From assembly GCF_004010195.1 (NCBI RefSeq), contig NC_057718.1:50588747-50652746 (forward strand): a stretch of 64,000 bases of DNA. Reading direction: 5' to 3'. Source of the stretch: Chiloscyllium plagiosum. Taxonomy: Eukaryota. Position 1 is the first letter of the stretch; every line of letters begins with the position of its first letter. Shown piece after piece: positions 1 through 12,910 of the stretch. The notes beneath the pieces were generated by a model, which was not told the origin of the DNA, did not search any database, and saw only the letters and a program-made list of their open reading frames with translations. The position numbers and the translations under genes were made by a program.

Positions 1-167
1 CGTTTCCGACGCCCCTCCCCCCAAGTCCCTCCTCCCTACCTTTTATCTTAGCCTGCTGGACACACTTTCCTCATTCCTGAAGAAGGGCTTATGCCCGAAA
101 CATTGATTGTCCTGTTCCCTGGATGCTGCCTGACCTGCTGCGCTTTTCCAGCAACACAATTTCAAGC
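1..167 (+). mobile_element. Penelope-like element (family A) 3' end with degenerate hammerhead motif, tail-less end
   Basis: Colinear with 38826-38982; contains attcCTGAAGAagggcttatgcccGAAAcatt (73-104); runs off the window at left. Confidence 0.85.
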
Positions 168-1399
168 AGAGTGAATTAGCAAGCAATCATTGTTTTAATA
201 CTGCAACATTTATTTTCAAAACTTAAGGGGCAGGCATTTTAAATGCCTTGATAGCTGTCTGTGAAATTTGCATTTGACAAGTCTTTGTTGACATTTTTGA
301 AAGGGTGTCTTGTCAGTTCCCCTTGACATGTACTTTTAGCAATTTTATTTGAGTTTGACAGGCCACAAACAGGTCCAATAAGCATGTCAGGAATAGGTTT
401 ATGCAATTTCTACACACACTTATACTTTTAATATACAAAAATATACCTGACCTCCCCCAACTTTCACTTAACCTACCCAAAAGAGCACCTGATCTCTGTC
501 AAAGGTTACCTTTCTTCTCCCAAACCTATCCCAAGACCAGATCCAAAAGGAAGTAACTTACCTCAACAAAGTGATTCCCAGGCTACACAAATTAATCCAC
601 AAAGGTGAGACATGCTTTTACCAGGTTGAATCTGTGCACTTTGAGTTTTACATTCCAAGGCTATTAAAATCCTAGTTCAGTCATGACAGGTGATGTTTTA
701 AATGACCAGTTACCTCTATAAAACATACAATATTGAATAGTCTACACTTGTTCCTAGTTGTTATGTTCATATGCATGTGCAAACTTGCCCCATTGACTTT
801 CACCCTTTCAAAAATGGGAAGTGCCAAGTTAGGGTGTGGAAACTATGACTGTAGAATAGTTGCACTATTTATGGCATAACAGATGCTTTCCACCCAATTT
901 GAGACACTTCCACTATTCTCATCATGTCGGAGAATCTCTCCATCATGGCAAAAAATCTGTGCCTTATGATCAAACTAGTATTTGGCCTTCTTAACTGAAA
1001 AAGTGATACACAACTCCGATCCTTATTCGTAAATAATTTAATATCTTTCCTTGTCTCACTGACCACCAAAACATCGACCTGAGCACAAGAAAAAAAAGTG
1101 AAAGTAAAAGCCATCAGAAAATAAATATTCTAAAACAGGTTTATGCATCAAATTATGTCTCTTTGCGTGCAGGTATCAATCATGCACACTTATACGTTCT
1201 ATTTTTACCCATTTTCTATGTCTCTTTGTCTACATTATCATCCCCACAGTGTAAACCCAATGGCAGCAGAATGTTTGATAGATAGCTGACTTTCAGTGGG
1301 GGAGTTTTGCAGCACAACCTCAAGCAATTCTAGCCCTAAGATGTCAAGCCATATTGTTTCAGTGTAAGTGGCAGTGGTGTGGACTGGAAGATTGACAAA

Positions 1400-1910
1400 A
1401 GGCTGGCAAGGGCACTGGTGGAGTGGCAGTGCTGGAAGGCTGAATGTATTCCTGAGAGAGGAAAGAAACTTTATGCTTTTCAGAGGCATTATTACACTCC
1501 CAGGACAGCACTTCAACAATTCTAGTAATCTATTGAAGTGCAGATCGTTGTATTGCATTGCTGCTGTGCAAGTATCTTTAAATTAGGACAGCAACACCTT
1601 GAACTTGTGTTGCAAACAAACCTTATTCCAACATTTTATTGGCCGCAATGTGGCCTTGTTCTTTCTGAGCTCCTATTGTAATATCCAGGTATGGGGTGAC
1701 ATATACAATGGAAGCTGGGACTTCAGTCATCAGAGCTCAATCATGATTGGGATCACAATTTTTCTAATAGAGTTGACCACCACTTGAATTCTAAAAAGGA
1801 TAAGCTGCAAGCTCTCTCCCAACTTGGTGCTGAGATCCTCTATATTCCTTGACATTAATTGTGGGCTTTGCTGGCAATTATGCTCAATCATTTAGCATTT
1901 CATTCTGTTT
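1400..1910 (+). pseudogene. Possible very old Harbinger transposase remnant
   Basis: Scattered peptides RTATP (cf. RTALP), QVWGDIYNG (cf. QVQGAIDC), FAGNYAQSF (cf. FPGSCHDAF) in the expected order; heavily decayed. Confidence 0.25.
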
Positions 1911-2062
1911 CATCATCAGGTTTCATCATCAAATTCCTCACCTCCAGGGAAACTTGTCAAGAACCAAGTACTCCAGTGAGTGAGAACTTGTGCTCCCCTC
2001 ACCTCCCACACCCAAACGATATCAGAAAGTGCAGATTGCAAATTAGTTGCTAATTAATCCAG

Positions 2063-2250
2063 ACTGCAGTGGAGGCTGGGTCATTGAATATATTTAGTGT
2101 TGAGCTAAACAAATTTTTGATCAACAAGGGAGTCAAGGGTGACAGGGGCAAGCAGGGAAGTGGAGGTAATTTCACAATCAGATCAACAATGATCTCATAG
2201 ACTGGTATAGCAGCTACAAGGGGCCAAATAGCCTATTCCTTATCCTAACT
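2063..2250 (+). mobile_element. CR1-type LINE 3' fragment
   Basis: gcagtggaggctgggtcattgaatatatt...gggccaaatagcctattcct; same 3' motif set as the minus-strand CR1 tails at 10535 and 11480. Confidence 0.7.
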
Positions 2251-2879
2251 ATTGTGCTGTTGTGCTAGCCGTTGCAAGTGTGAGTGAGAGATGGTCTTTC
2301 TTATTTGTCACTGGTCTCCTGCTCTTTTATTTCTTGCTCTTTGACCATTGCCTAGCCAGGTTGTGGTTTTGGGTTTCTATAAAGAGAAAGGCACAAGTAC
2401 AGAAACTGTGGTGAAAGCAAGCTATGAAATCAAGAGGTGTATACTGACACCATCTGCAGCGAGATTAGTTAGTTAGATATGAGGATACAGTCAGTTCCAA
2501 CATCTAGGCCCAGTCCCTGGCCACTCCAACAATAGAAAGCAGCATCCCTTCCATGATGGCAATGTCATGCTGTCATGACTGGCTACCATCCGTTAGATGC
2601 TGCTGCCACCTATTATATGAAAATTTTGTCCTGCAAGATAAAAGAAGTGTCAGTGTTGCTATCTGGTGTTGTCCCAGTCTTAGTTAAATAGCTGGCAATG
2701 TGTGCAAACTGTGAGATATATGTGTGAGGCTTGCAGCAGTGCTGAATGTGTGAGGATGTAATCAAGCTGTGAATACTATGTACAAGAGATTGTTGGTATG
2801 TGAATGATAACAACATGGTAAGTTGAGGTGTGTCTGAGGCTAGTGATTCACTGACTTGAATGTGACGTCGAAGATATGA

Positions 2880-3085
2880 ACCATTGACCTTGCCTATTTG
2901 TGTGAGATCGTTGAACATCATGAGGTAGTTTATCTACATCTTTGAGGCGAGCTTCCTTCCATTGATGGGCATGGTTAGCTTGTAACTATTGTCTTTGTAA
3001 AATTTACTTGGACAGTCTCCTACTCAGCATCATATCCTGAATCGAAGCTCCAAGAAAATCTTGGAGCCTGCCTCTGACATGCTGA
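2880..3085 (-). pseudogene. Possible Harbinger Myb/SANT-like ORF remnant
   Basis: Minus strand reads QRQAPRFS near 3075-3055 and MFNDLTQIGKV near 2918-2886 (cf. RAPRFS...KKFNDL); convergent with the putative transposase at 1400-1910. Confidence 0.3.
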
Positions 3086-3506
3086 GCTGTTCTGTGTCTT
3101 TCCCAAGACAGAATCAATTGTAAAATGTCTTCAGCACCTAGTCAAGTCTCAGTGGACTTCAATTTTCAGAGATGCAAGTGATTTCTGTGTCTTTAAAAGA
3201 ATTGTGAACTGCATGGAGAAAACACCTTTATCAAAAAAAAGAGATTTTACAACATAGCTGCATAATTTCATACTGTTTTATATGGCTATGTGATCCTGTA
3301 ATGTGCGGACAGTTGGGACCCAAAGTTAAGCTGACTGATTCTCATCTATCTGTGCACATGAGAGCTAGAGACAAGTTATAGAGACACAGCATCATGTAGA
3401 GAGAGAATGTGTAAGAAGTTTGTGCTGTTATTCTGCCCAGCAGAAGATGCATATTCCATTTGGTAAAACCTCAGTTTAAACATGAAACATATCAGTTAAA
3501 TCAAAC

Positions 3507-3606
3507 ACAGTTCTGAAGCAGGATCACTGGACTCAAAATGTTAACTCTGTTTTCTCGATAGATGCTACCATACATGCTGAGTTTCTCCAGCAATTTGCTT
3601 TTTTGT
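3507..3606 (+). mobile_element. PLE family C 3' end, degenerate HHR
   Basis: agttCTGAAGcaggatcactggactcAAAAtgttaact...gagtttctccagcaattt; homologous to reverse complement of 24900-24995. Confidence 0.7.
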
Positions 3607-4024
3607 AAGGCTATCAATTACGTTTCATGTGGCAGCTGTAGTGAGTTGTGGCAAATGAATTGATAAATCAGAGGTATTTTCCAAGTGAATTAATTGTTCT
3701 GTACTTCTTACAAGCTAGTAGAAGCTTTCAGAGAAAAACAACTGAACACAAAAGGCCTGGCTAGCTGAAGTAAGAAAATGTCAACATCACAGTCAAGGAG
3801 CAAAGACTTCTGAACTGTCTTTATCTCTGACAATGGTGAGTGAGTGAGTGTGAGTGGAAAAGGAGGGGTTTATAAGGGGACTGGAGTTAAAGGAGGATTA
3901 TATGCCAATTGTTTACATATGTTTACATGTATCTATACTCTAATTACTTAATGTAAATAATAACTTTTGTTTAATATAGAAACCTTGCCCTTGCTTTCTA
4001 TCAACCTTGAGTTGGGTAAACCGG

Positions 4025-4368
4025 GATCATACAATCCCTAAGTGTGGAAACAGACCATTGGCTCCATCGAGTTTGCATGGACCCTCTGAAAAATATCCCA
4101 CCCAGACTTAGTCCTCAACCCAAACCCTGTAATGTCATATTAATCATGGTTAGTCTATCCAGCCTGCATATCCCTGGACATTACAAAACAATTTAGCATG
4201 GCCAATCCTTCTAAACTGCACATGTTTGGACTTTGGGAGGAAAGTGGAATTCACGGCAGAAACCCATACAGACACAGTGAGAACCAGCAGACTTCACACA
4301 GACAGTTGGAAGCTGGAATTCAACACTGGTCCCTGGTGCTGTGTGGCAGCAGTGCTAACCACCAAGCC
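4025..4368 (-). mobile_element. HE1-type tRNA-derived SINE
   Basis: Minus strand begins tggtggttagcactgctgccacacagc (A/B box head), has tcctcccaaagtccaaac core and tgtttccacact LINE-derived tail. Confidence 0.85.
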
Positions 4369-5454
4369 AGGTACACATTGTACAAAAAAAATCCTGTGGC
4401 TTTTGATAAGACTGAGAGAATAGTAAGGCTCAATTTACAGTGCGCTACCATAGTGGTTCATAATGCTTAACTCTAAGGCTGCTTGCAATTCGGGCAATTT
4501 TCCGGCTTTGTTGAATTTTGCAGGCAGAGTGCCTCACAGATGACTGTATGTTCTGATAATTCTTTTGTGAGTGCCTGCAATCATTTTGAGTTATAACACT
4601 ACTTCATGCATCTTCAAAATTGCCTAGAAATTGCCATTATTGCTGAGATCTTCTGTTTGTTAAGGAAATTGCCTCCTGTCAGCAACTTAGATGTGTTTTA
4701 AATGAATGCTGAAGCATTGTGTTCTTGCCTGATAATAGTTAAGTGCTACTTCATACTGCTGAATTATCATTTTTGATCTTGTCATCAGTGAAATTACCAT
4801 TCAAGGACCCCCTTTATGGAGCTGTAATTGTAATAATGCTCAGATGCATGAGGGGGCTGATTTTCATTTTGATACTGCTATAGGGCGAGAGTTCCCATGG
4901 AAACAGGTGGGGCCTAATTAAAATACTGATAGCAATCAACTGATATTGTTAAGATTCCAAACACTGTTTTTGTGTCAATCAGCACTGCTGCTGCTAATTT
5001 CTCAACCACTTCACACACCATCGGCACGATAGCCCTGGGGGAGGCTAATTTTCTGCTATTTGAAGAGAAGCTCACTTCGTCATTAAAATATTCCAAAAGA
5101 TGGGAAACCATTTTCTGACAACTTATAGTTTTTTGGCTGCTCAGATGACTTCAACGTGCTAATAGTGGCTGTGCAGCCTTTTGATTTCACATTATTCAGC
5201 ACTGATAAAAACAAGAGGAGCAGTTACAACAGAAGGAAGAGTTATTGCTGCAATGTGACCAGGTTGAAGGAAATGTTTTCACACAATCCATACTATCTTC
5301 CTGCACCGACAGGCCCTCTCTCATCATGACTTGCCCTCTGTTGAAGAATGATACTGAAGGAAGCTGTGCTTCTCTTGGGATGCTTTTAGTGTTGTGATTC
5401 AAGTAATGTTTCCAAACATACAAATGGGGATCAAGAATCAGCCTCTCAGCTCTT

Positions 5455-6056
5455 CAAACTTACTCTGTCATTCATCTAGACCAGGGCTGGTCCGATTCTA
5501 ACCTCAACTCTACACTCCAGCCTACCCTCCCTTTGAAAATCTTTCAATCCCATTGGTAAGCAAGAATCCAGCAACCTCAGCCTTAAAAATATTCAGAAAT
5601 TCTTCATCCATAGCCTTTTGAGAAAGGGAATTCTAAAGGCTCACAACCTCACTTAGAGAAAGTTTTCTTTCCTTATCTTTGAAATGAATGGCTGGTTTTA
5701 TTTAAATCATGACCCCCTTGTATTCCATTCTCCCACAAGAGGAACCATCCTTTCTATGTCAATCTGTTAAAGTCCCCTTTGGATTCAAAATGATTCAGTT
5801 AGGATACCTCTGCTTCTCCTAAACCCCAGAGGATAGAGACCTAGACTACCCAGCCTTTCCTCATAAGGTAATCAGCTCAGTCCAGGCATTAGTCTCATAA
5901 AGCTTCTCTGGACTACTTTTAATGCATTACCATCCTCCTGTAAGCATGGTGACCAGTAATGTACTCGGTACCCGAGATGTGGTCTCATCGATGCCCAGTG
6001 TAACTGAAACATAACCTCCTTATTTTTGCATTCAATTCCCCTTGCAATAAAACAAT
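5455..6056 (-). mobile_element. Older CR1 LINE, 3' part (continues at 7421-8890)
   Basis: CR1 3' region in antisense; homologous to 11500-12040; interrupted at 6060 by a younger CR1. Confidence 0.7.
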
Positions 6057-6059
6057 GTT

Positions 6060-7420
6060 AGAATCATAGTCATGGAATCATAGAGTCCTACAGCATGGAG
6101 ACAAACCCTTTGGCCCAAACTGCTCCATACTGACCAAATTGTCCATCCACACTAACCCCATTTCCTTGCACTTGGCCCATATCCTTCCAATCCTTTCCTA
6201 TCCATGATAGGACATTTAAATGTTGTCAATGGACCCACCTCAACCATTTCCACTGGCAGCTCATTCTATATGCATACCACCATCTGTGCAAAAGAGTTGC
6301 CCTCCAGGTTCACTTTTATTCTTTCCCCTCTAACCTTAAATGTTTGCCCTCTAGTCCTCAATTCCCTAATCCTGGGAAAAAGACCGAGTACATTCACCCT
6401 ATCCATGCCACTCATGACCTTATACACCTCTATATAAACCCCCCTCAGTCTCCTATGCCCTAAAGAAAAAAGTCCTAGTTTGTCCAACTATATTCAGATC
6501 ATTGAGTCCGGGCAATATCCTTGTGAATTTCTTCTACACTCTTTCCAGTTTAATGACATCCTTCCCATAACAAGGTGACCAAAACTGAACACAACACTCC
6601 AAGTATGACCTCAGCAACCTCCTGTATACCTGCAACATAACTTCCCAACTTCTATACTCAATGCCCTGACTGATGAATGTGAGTGTGCTAAAAACCTTCT
6701 TCCCTGCCGTGACTACCTGTGACTCTACTTTCAGACAACTGTGAACCTGAACTCCAAGATCCTCCTATTACATTACATTCCTTAAGGCCCTACCATTCAC
6801 CATGAAACTCTGACCTTGATTTGACTTTTCAAAATGCAAAACCTCACACTGATCTATACTAAACTGCATTTGCCATCTCAGCCCACTTCACTAGCTGATC
6901 AAGGTCCTGCTGCAATTTTTGATAACCTTGCTCACCTATTTTAGTGTCAATAGCAAACTTACTAATCATGCCTTGTACATTCTTATCCAAATTATTGATA
7001 CAGATGGCAAACATAGATAACAAACAGTAATTTGCCCAGAACCAACTCTTGAGGCCCTCCACTAGTTACATGCCTCCAGTGACAAGATTCCTTCCAGTAT
7101 TACCCTCTGCCTCCTACCATCAAGCCAATTTTTCATCCAATTTCCAGTTCACCCTGAATTCCATGTGATCTAACCTTCCAGAGCAGCCTACTATGTGGAA
7201 ATTTATCAAAGGCCTTACTGAAATCCACATAGGCTACCTCTGCCACCCTGCCATCATCAACCTTCCTGGTCACTTCATCAAAGAACTCTAACAAATTTAT
7301 AAGGCATGATCTTCCACTCACAAAGCCATGCTGACTACTCCTAATCAAACCCTGTCTTTCCAAATGCATGTATATCTTATCCCTCAGAATCTTCTCAAGT
7401 AACTTACCCATCACAGATGT
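6060..7420 (-). mobile_element. HER1/CR1 LINE, 5'-truncated, RT pseudogene
   Basis: ORFs 7133-7414 (SQHGFVSGRSCLINLLEFF...YVDFSKAFDK), 6859-7062 (ISKFAIDTKIG), 6266-6487 (LGLFSL..RRLRG); (gaatcata)n tail at 6060-6085. Confidence 0.92.
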
Positions 7421-7863
7421 TCTAGTAGCTTTCCTGATTACTTGCTGTACCTGCTATTAACCTTCTGTGATCCATGCACTTGGACTCATGTATCCCAGAG
7501 CTCTGAAAACTCTCCCTGGTCGACAATATGTTTTTTTAAAAATTATTTCCACTAAAATGGACAATCTCACACTTTCCCATGTTACACTCTAATTGCCAAA
7601 TCTTTGCCCACTCACTTATTTATATCCTTTTATAGGCTCTTGCACCCTCTTCACAACTCACCTTTCCTACCTATCCTTTTGTCATCAGAAACTAGCATAC
7701 CTTTGATCTCTTCATCCAGAACGTTTATATAAATTTAAAGAGTAAAGGAATCAGCACTGATCTCTGTGGCACACCTCTGCAGTCTTCCTACCGGCCTGAA
7801 AAAGACCCATCTATTCTTATTTTTTGCTCCCTGCTAACAAGTCAGTCTTCTTTCCATGCCAGT

Positions 7864-7945
7864 CGCGAGTGTGGTGCTGGAAAAGCACAACAGGTCAGGC
7901 AGCATCCGAGGAGCAGGAGAATCAATTTTTCAGACATAAGCCTTC
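7864..7945 (-). mobile_element. PLE family A mini-insertion with degenerate TSD
   Basis: gtggtgctggaaaagcacaacaggtcaggcagcatcc...cataagccttc flanked by tcttctttccatgccagt (7846-7863) / ccttctatccataccaat (7941-7958). Confidence 0.8.
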
Positions 7946-8109
7946 TATCCATACCAATATATTACCACCAACACCGTGACCTTTGATTTGTCACCTTAAC
8001 AAATGCCTTCTGGAAATTTATATGCAATCCATCTACTGGTTCCCCTTTATCCACAGCAGGAGTCACTTCTCCAAAAAACCCAACAAATTAATTGGGTCAA
8101 CAAGGGATA

Positions 8110-8763
8110 CAGAACAGCCTTGATTATCTGATCGAGACGTACGATGAGTATTTTGTTTGGATAGCTGATTGTTTGGATAACTGATCTGATTGCAAACAAA
8201 AAAAGCCATACTGAACATAATTACGTAAAAAGGCATTTTTACAGAGTTTTTATTTCATTCAATTGATAAAATGTACAACTACTGGATATTGTTAAAAAAA
8301 TCATGATATTTGACAAATAAAATCACTTTTTGGCTACAGTTTAACTGAAGTCTGTGAAAGTGTTTGCTCACATCTTCCTCAGTTTTATCCCAGTTCTTGA
8401 CAGCAGCCGGCATCTTTCTATTCTGTGTCGTCCTGCCGTCCAGACTAACCAAGTGCTGTCCCTCCCTCCTCAGTGACTGCCAAGCCTTTAGAGAGAAAGG
8501 AGAGAGAGAGAGACACAAAAGGAAGCACAAGGTGAGGTCAGTGCAGGGGAGAGAGAGAGAAAGGGAGAGAGAGGCGTGCAATACAAGGGAACACGAGAGA
8601 GAATAGGAAGATTTTTCCGTTGACTTCAGAGACCTGTGGGGGCGGCCCAATATTTTACAGTCAGCCCACCATTGAAATACTTGATTCATTGCAAGTTCTT
8701 CAGATGGGATCTATATGACAGGGAACTTGTTCGGATAATCTGAAATTCGATTAACTTGTTCTG
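8110..8763. mobile_element. Tigger/pogo-like non-autonomous DNA transposon (MITE)
   Basis: TA|CAGAACA...GATTATC at left and GATAATC...TGTTCTG|TA at right; removal restores CR1 host sequence; minus strand TFTDFS* resembles Tigger C-terminus. Confidence 0.7.
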
Positions 8764-9248
8764 TATTCCTTTGATAAAACCATGTTCACTCTGCCTTGTC
8801 ACCTTGAACTTATCCAAGTACCCTATTATAGCATTTTAAATAATAGCTTCTAACATCTTCCCTATGAGAGAGTACAAACTGACCATAAAGGCTGCCGCAA
8901 ATTACAGACCAGTCTAACTCAAGATATGGAAACAGACAGATGCTGCTTTTCTAAATGCCTGAGAATCTTCTCAAGTAACTTACCCACCACAGACCCTAAC
9001 CACATACCTTTAATATGTTGTCTGAGCTGAGATGTCACCTTTTTTTTATAATAAAACCTTAGGTTATCCCAAGAATGTGACTTAAAAGAAGTTCTAGGAT
9101 TTACATACTAATGAACCGAAACCTGCATCCCATTCTAAAAGATGAAAGACTTAAAAAGCAATCTCAGTTTGTTCAATATATTGTTTTAATTGCATGACAC
9201 TGTAATCTTTTGCTATAAATTCTGTGTCTTATGGTCCTGTTCCACAAC

Positions 9249-9283
9249 TACCTGATGAAGGAGCAGCGCTCTGAAAGCTAGTG
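9249..9283 (+). ncRNA. Minimal type-I hammerhead ribozyme motif (PLE family B)
   Basis: tac CTGATGA a GGAGC agc GCTCT GAAA gc TA gtg: core boxes, 5-bp stem II, palindromic AGCT stem III, 3-bp stem I. Confidence 0.7.
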
Positions 9284-9307
9284 CTTCCAAATAAATCTGT
9301 TGGACTA

Positions 9308-9628
9308 TTAGATTAGATTAGATTCCCTACAGTGTGGAAACAGGCCCTTTGGCCCAACCAGTCCACACCTATCCTTCGAAGAGTAACCCACCCAGACCCA
9401 TTTCCCTCTGACTAATGCACCTAACACTATGGGCAATTTAGCATGGCCAATTCACCTAACCTACACATCTTTGGACTGTGGGAGGAAGCCAGAGCACCTG
9501 GAGGAAACCCACACAGACATAGGGAGAATGTGCAAACTCCACACAGACAGTCACCCAAGGCTGGAATCGAACCTGGGGCCCTGCTGCTGTGAGGCAGCAG
9601 TGTTAACCACTGAGCCACTGTGCTACCC
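9308..9628 (-). mobile_element. HE1 SINE, full length
   Basis: ggtagcacagtggctcagtggttaacactgctgcctcacagc head; (aatct)n tail. Confidence 0.92.
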
Positions 9629-9734
9629 AATCTGGTGTGTGATTTTTAACTTTATCCATTCCAGTACAACACTGGCACCTTCACATTGTGGCAAATTAAA
9701 ATGAAAGTGACTTTCAGCAAAGGAAAGGATCATG

Positions 9735-10016
9735 TGGTGGCTCTGTGGTTAGCACTGCTGCCTCACAGCGCCAAGAACCTGGGTTCAGTTCCTGCCTCGG
9801 GTGACTGCCTGTGTGGAATTTGCACATTCTCTCTGTGTCTTCATGGGTTTCCTCCCGCATTCCAAAGATGTGTAGGTTAGGTAAACTGGCCGTGCTAACA
9901 TGCCCATAGTGTTATGTGTATTAGTCAGAGGGAAATGGGTCTGGGTGGGTTACTCTTCAGAGGGTTGGTGTGAACTTATTGGGCCGAAGGGCCTGTTTCC
10001 ACTCTGTAGGAAATCT
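9735..10016 (+). mobile_element. HE1 SINE
   Basis: gtggctctgtggttagcactgctgcctcacagcgcc...gggcctgtttccactctgtaggaaatcta. Confidence 0.9.
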
Positions 10017-10534
10017 AGTCTGTGCTGTATGACACATGATTGTGGCAAGTCTGCTAGTTCCTTGTGCATAATTATATTTCTCACAATATTCCTTTCTTCT
10101 AAAAAATAACAAAAAAGCATATACACGATCACTTTCAGCTCCATGTTATCATGTTATGCATGGTGAACACAAAAAATGATCAAACACAAGTAAAACTGTT
10201 AATTTTAATCAGCCTTACTTTCATCAGTCTCCAAATAAGCATTGCATGCATATTCACTAAATTATATATTATTTTAATGGTACAAACGTTCATTCTTGTA
10301 GGCTGTGGATCTGATATCTAATTATCCCTACACTGCTGTTCATTTCTCGGGGAATGTTAGCCCTGTGGAAAGTGATGTTGTCATGGTAACTGTTGTTTTT
10401 GATCCATTTCTACTGTTGGGTAAATGTGGACACCTCGAATTGATGATCAGTCTGTTCTCTATACAGATGGTGAAATGACATCTTCCTGATTAGCTCTCTG
10501 CAGTGATAGAACAGCTTCTCTAGTTGTATATATT

Positions 10535-10905
10535 TGGAATACAGGAAGATAGGAACAGGAATAGACCATTCAGCCCTTGAGCATGCTCTAACATTCAATG
10601 AGATCATGATTAATCTGTGGCCCAACTCCTTCTCCTTGCCTTTGGCACATATCCCATTAATCCCTTCACATAACAAGAATTTATTTGTCACAGATTTAAA
10701 ATTAACATCTGATCCAGCATCCACTGCCATTTGTGGAAAAGAGTTCCAAACATCTACCACCCTTTGTCTGTAGAAGAGCTGGCCCTAATTCTTAGACTAT
10801 GCTTTATAGTTTTTAGAATCCCCAACAATGGAAATAGTTTGTCTTTATCTACTCTGTCTTTTCATGTTAATATCTTGAACACTTTGATCAAATCACACCT
10901 TAACC
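10535..10905 (-). mobile_element. CR1 LINE 3' fragment
   Basis: ORF 10410-10760 begins VDVWNSFPQMAVDAGS..FK (CR1 ORF2 C-terminus); 3' UTR ataggaacaggaatagaccattcagccc. Confidence 0.8.
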
Positions 10906-11479
10906 TTCCCAGCAATATGATATGTATCCTCTGCATATAATCAAGGTGAAACTTTTCTATACAGGTCTCAAGTTGCTACTTGGGGTGACCCTTGTTGACA
11001 GTGATAAACATTTGCACTCTGATTGGCCCGCTAATACGCTGCTCTGATAATTATTCAGCATTATTTTCTCAAAGTGAACTTTGGCTTTATGTCATCTCAC
11101 TTTGATTATGTCTCTCAAGATCTGTTATTAATTTAAGCATTGGTAATATTTTGCAGGTGGAGGAGTACATTGAGTGTGGTGTGACATTAGTCGTTGGACT
11201 GGTTCACTTGCAGTACCTTCAGTAGGTACATATTTCCAGTCCAGGATTACCTTGTAAAACTCTGTGCTGGATTCACTCTATTTGTTTCTGATCCTTTTCA
11301 CAATTTTCACTGCTATCTCAGCCATTCTCTTTATAGGGGGAAATCAGTGGAGGTGATGTATGTTATTGAACATTTTAATCATTTATGAAGCATCTCCTAA
11401 TACCTGAAGTGTGCTTTTTGGCATCCTACAGTCTCGTTGATACATATTATTCTACAGCAGGTATATTTCATGCAATCAC

Positions 11480-12910
11480 TCAAACCTACAATGGAATTCA
11501 ATAAACTCATGGCTGATCTGACGAGACCACATTCCCATCTATCTGAAATAACAATTTGCCCCTTGCTTATTAACAATCTATTTATTTCTGCCTTAAAATA
11601 TTCAAGGAATCTTTTTCCACTTTCCTTCGAGGAAGAGCGTTGCAAAGATTTGCAAGTTTCTTTGAAAAATATTTTCCATAAGCCCTGTTCTTAGATGGAA
11701 ACTCCATAGTTTTAAAGTGACCTCTAATTTTAGATTCTTCCATAAAAGGAGACATCTTTTCTATGTGTATCCTATCAAGACACCCTAGGATTTATATACG
11801 TCAATCAAATTGCCTCTTTCTTTCTAAACTCCAGTGGCTATAAATTGAGCTTGTCCAAATTTTCCTGATAAGACAACTCGACATTCCAGATATTAGTCTA
11901 ACTAACCTCCTCTTGACCTGCAATTGCATCCTTCTTTAAATGAGAAGACCAGAACTGTGCATTAAACTCAAGATGTGGTCTCACCAACTCCCAGTATTCA
12001 ATTCCCCTTGCAATAAACAATAACGTTCTATTAGCTTTCCTAATTACTAACTCTACCTGCATACCAATGCTTTGTGATTCCTGCATTTCAGAGGTCTGCA
12101 AACTCTTTAGATAAAATGTTTTGTTGTTTATTCTTCTGCAAAAGTAGAGTTTTACATTGTCTCATACTTTTGCTCCATTTGTAAAAGCTTTGCCTGCTCT
12201 TTTAACCAATTTATATCTCTTTGCAGCATCCTTACACAGTTTTCACAAAGTGTTCTTTCCTGCCTCTATTTATTTGATCAGCAAATAAAGCAAACATATC
12301 TTCAATCCCTCCATCCAACTCTATTTTACAATTTGTAAAATGTTAAAACTTCAACACCGATCCAAGTATCAGACCACTTATCACGTTATATCAACTAGAA
12401 CATGACTCATTTATGTCTACTCTCTATTTCTTATCAGGTAGCCAATGTTTTATCCGTGTCATTATCTACCCTCTGCATGATGAATTTTTATTTTCCTACA
12501 GCTTATAAAATGCCTTCTGTATACAGTATCTAAATATAGTACATCTACTGGTCTCTCTCTGTTTAGAGCACACTGACATCTCAAATACTCCAATAAATTG
12601 TTTAAACTTGTTACATGCACACAAGTGACAAATATGCCCGATTACCTTCAATCTATGTAAATTTCATGCTGTAATGTCTTTAACAAAGCTTCTAATATTT
12701 ACCTTATGAAGATGTTCAGCCAATACCTTATGGTTTATAGCTTTTTACCTCTTTCTCATTTTGAATAAAGAAGTCACCTATACTATCCTCCTACCTAATG
12801 GAATCTTCCCTGAATCCAAGAAATTTTGCAAAATTAAAACCATAGGAGCAACTTCCTACAAGCTAAGTTTAAGACCCTAGGATGAAGTCAACCAGGATCA
12901 GGGACCTTGT
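11480..12910 (-). mobile_element. Decayed CR1 LINE
   Basis: ORF 11898-12101 (KANRTLLFIARGIEY..LVRPHLEF..QFWS.HLKKD); ORF 11397-11645 (FKAEINRLLISKG). Confidence 0.8.

Larger units (their letters stand above)
7421..8890 (-). mobile_element. Older CR1 LINE, upstream continuation (interrupted by PLE mini and MITE)
   Basis: Colinear with 12030-12730; resumes 'tagctttcc...' where 5455-6056 left off. Confidence 0.65.
8905..9688 (+). mobile_element. PLE family B 3' region with HHR and tail (interrupted by HE1 SINE)
   Basis: Colinear with 58625-58996 and reverse complement of 40835-41240; possible TSD tgccgcaaatta/tgtggcaaatta. Confidence 0.8.

Noticed and set aside
3290..4470. Possible additional solo LTR interrupted by PLE tail and HE1
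   Set aside because: LTR-like composition only; could not define TG...CA ends or a TSD.
8279..8689. 136-aa ORF as a host gene
   Set aside because: Lies inside the Tigger-like MITE and is driven by (GA)n low complexity.
9560..9628. tRNA genes at SINE heads (also 4300-4368, 20960-21035, 24483-24555, 50600-50675)
   Set aside because: A/B boxes run directly into SINE bodies; no complete cloverleaf or terminator.
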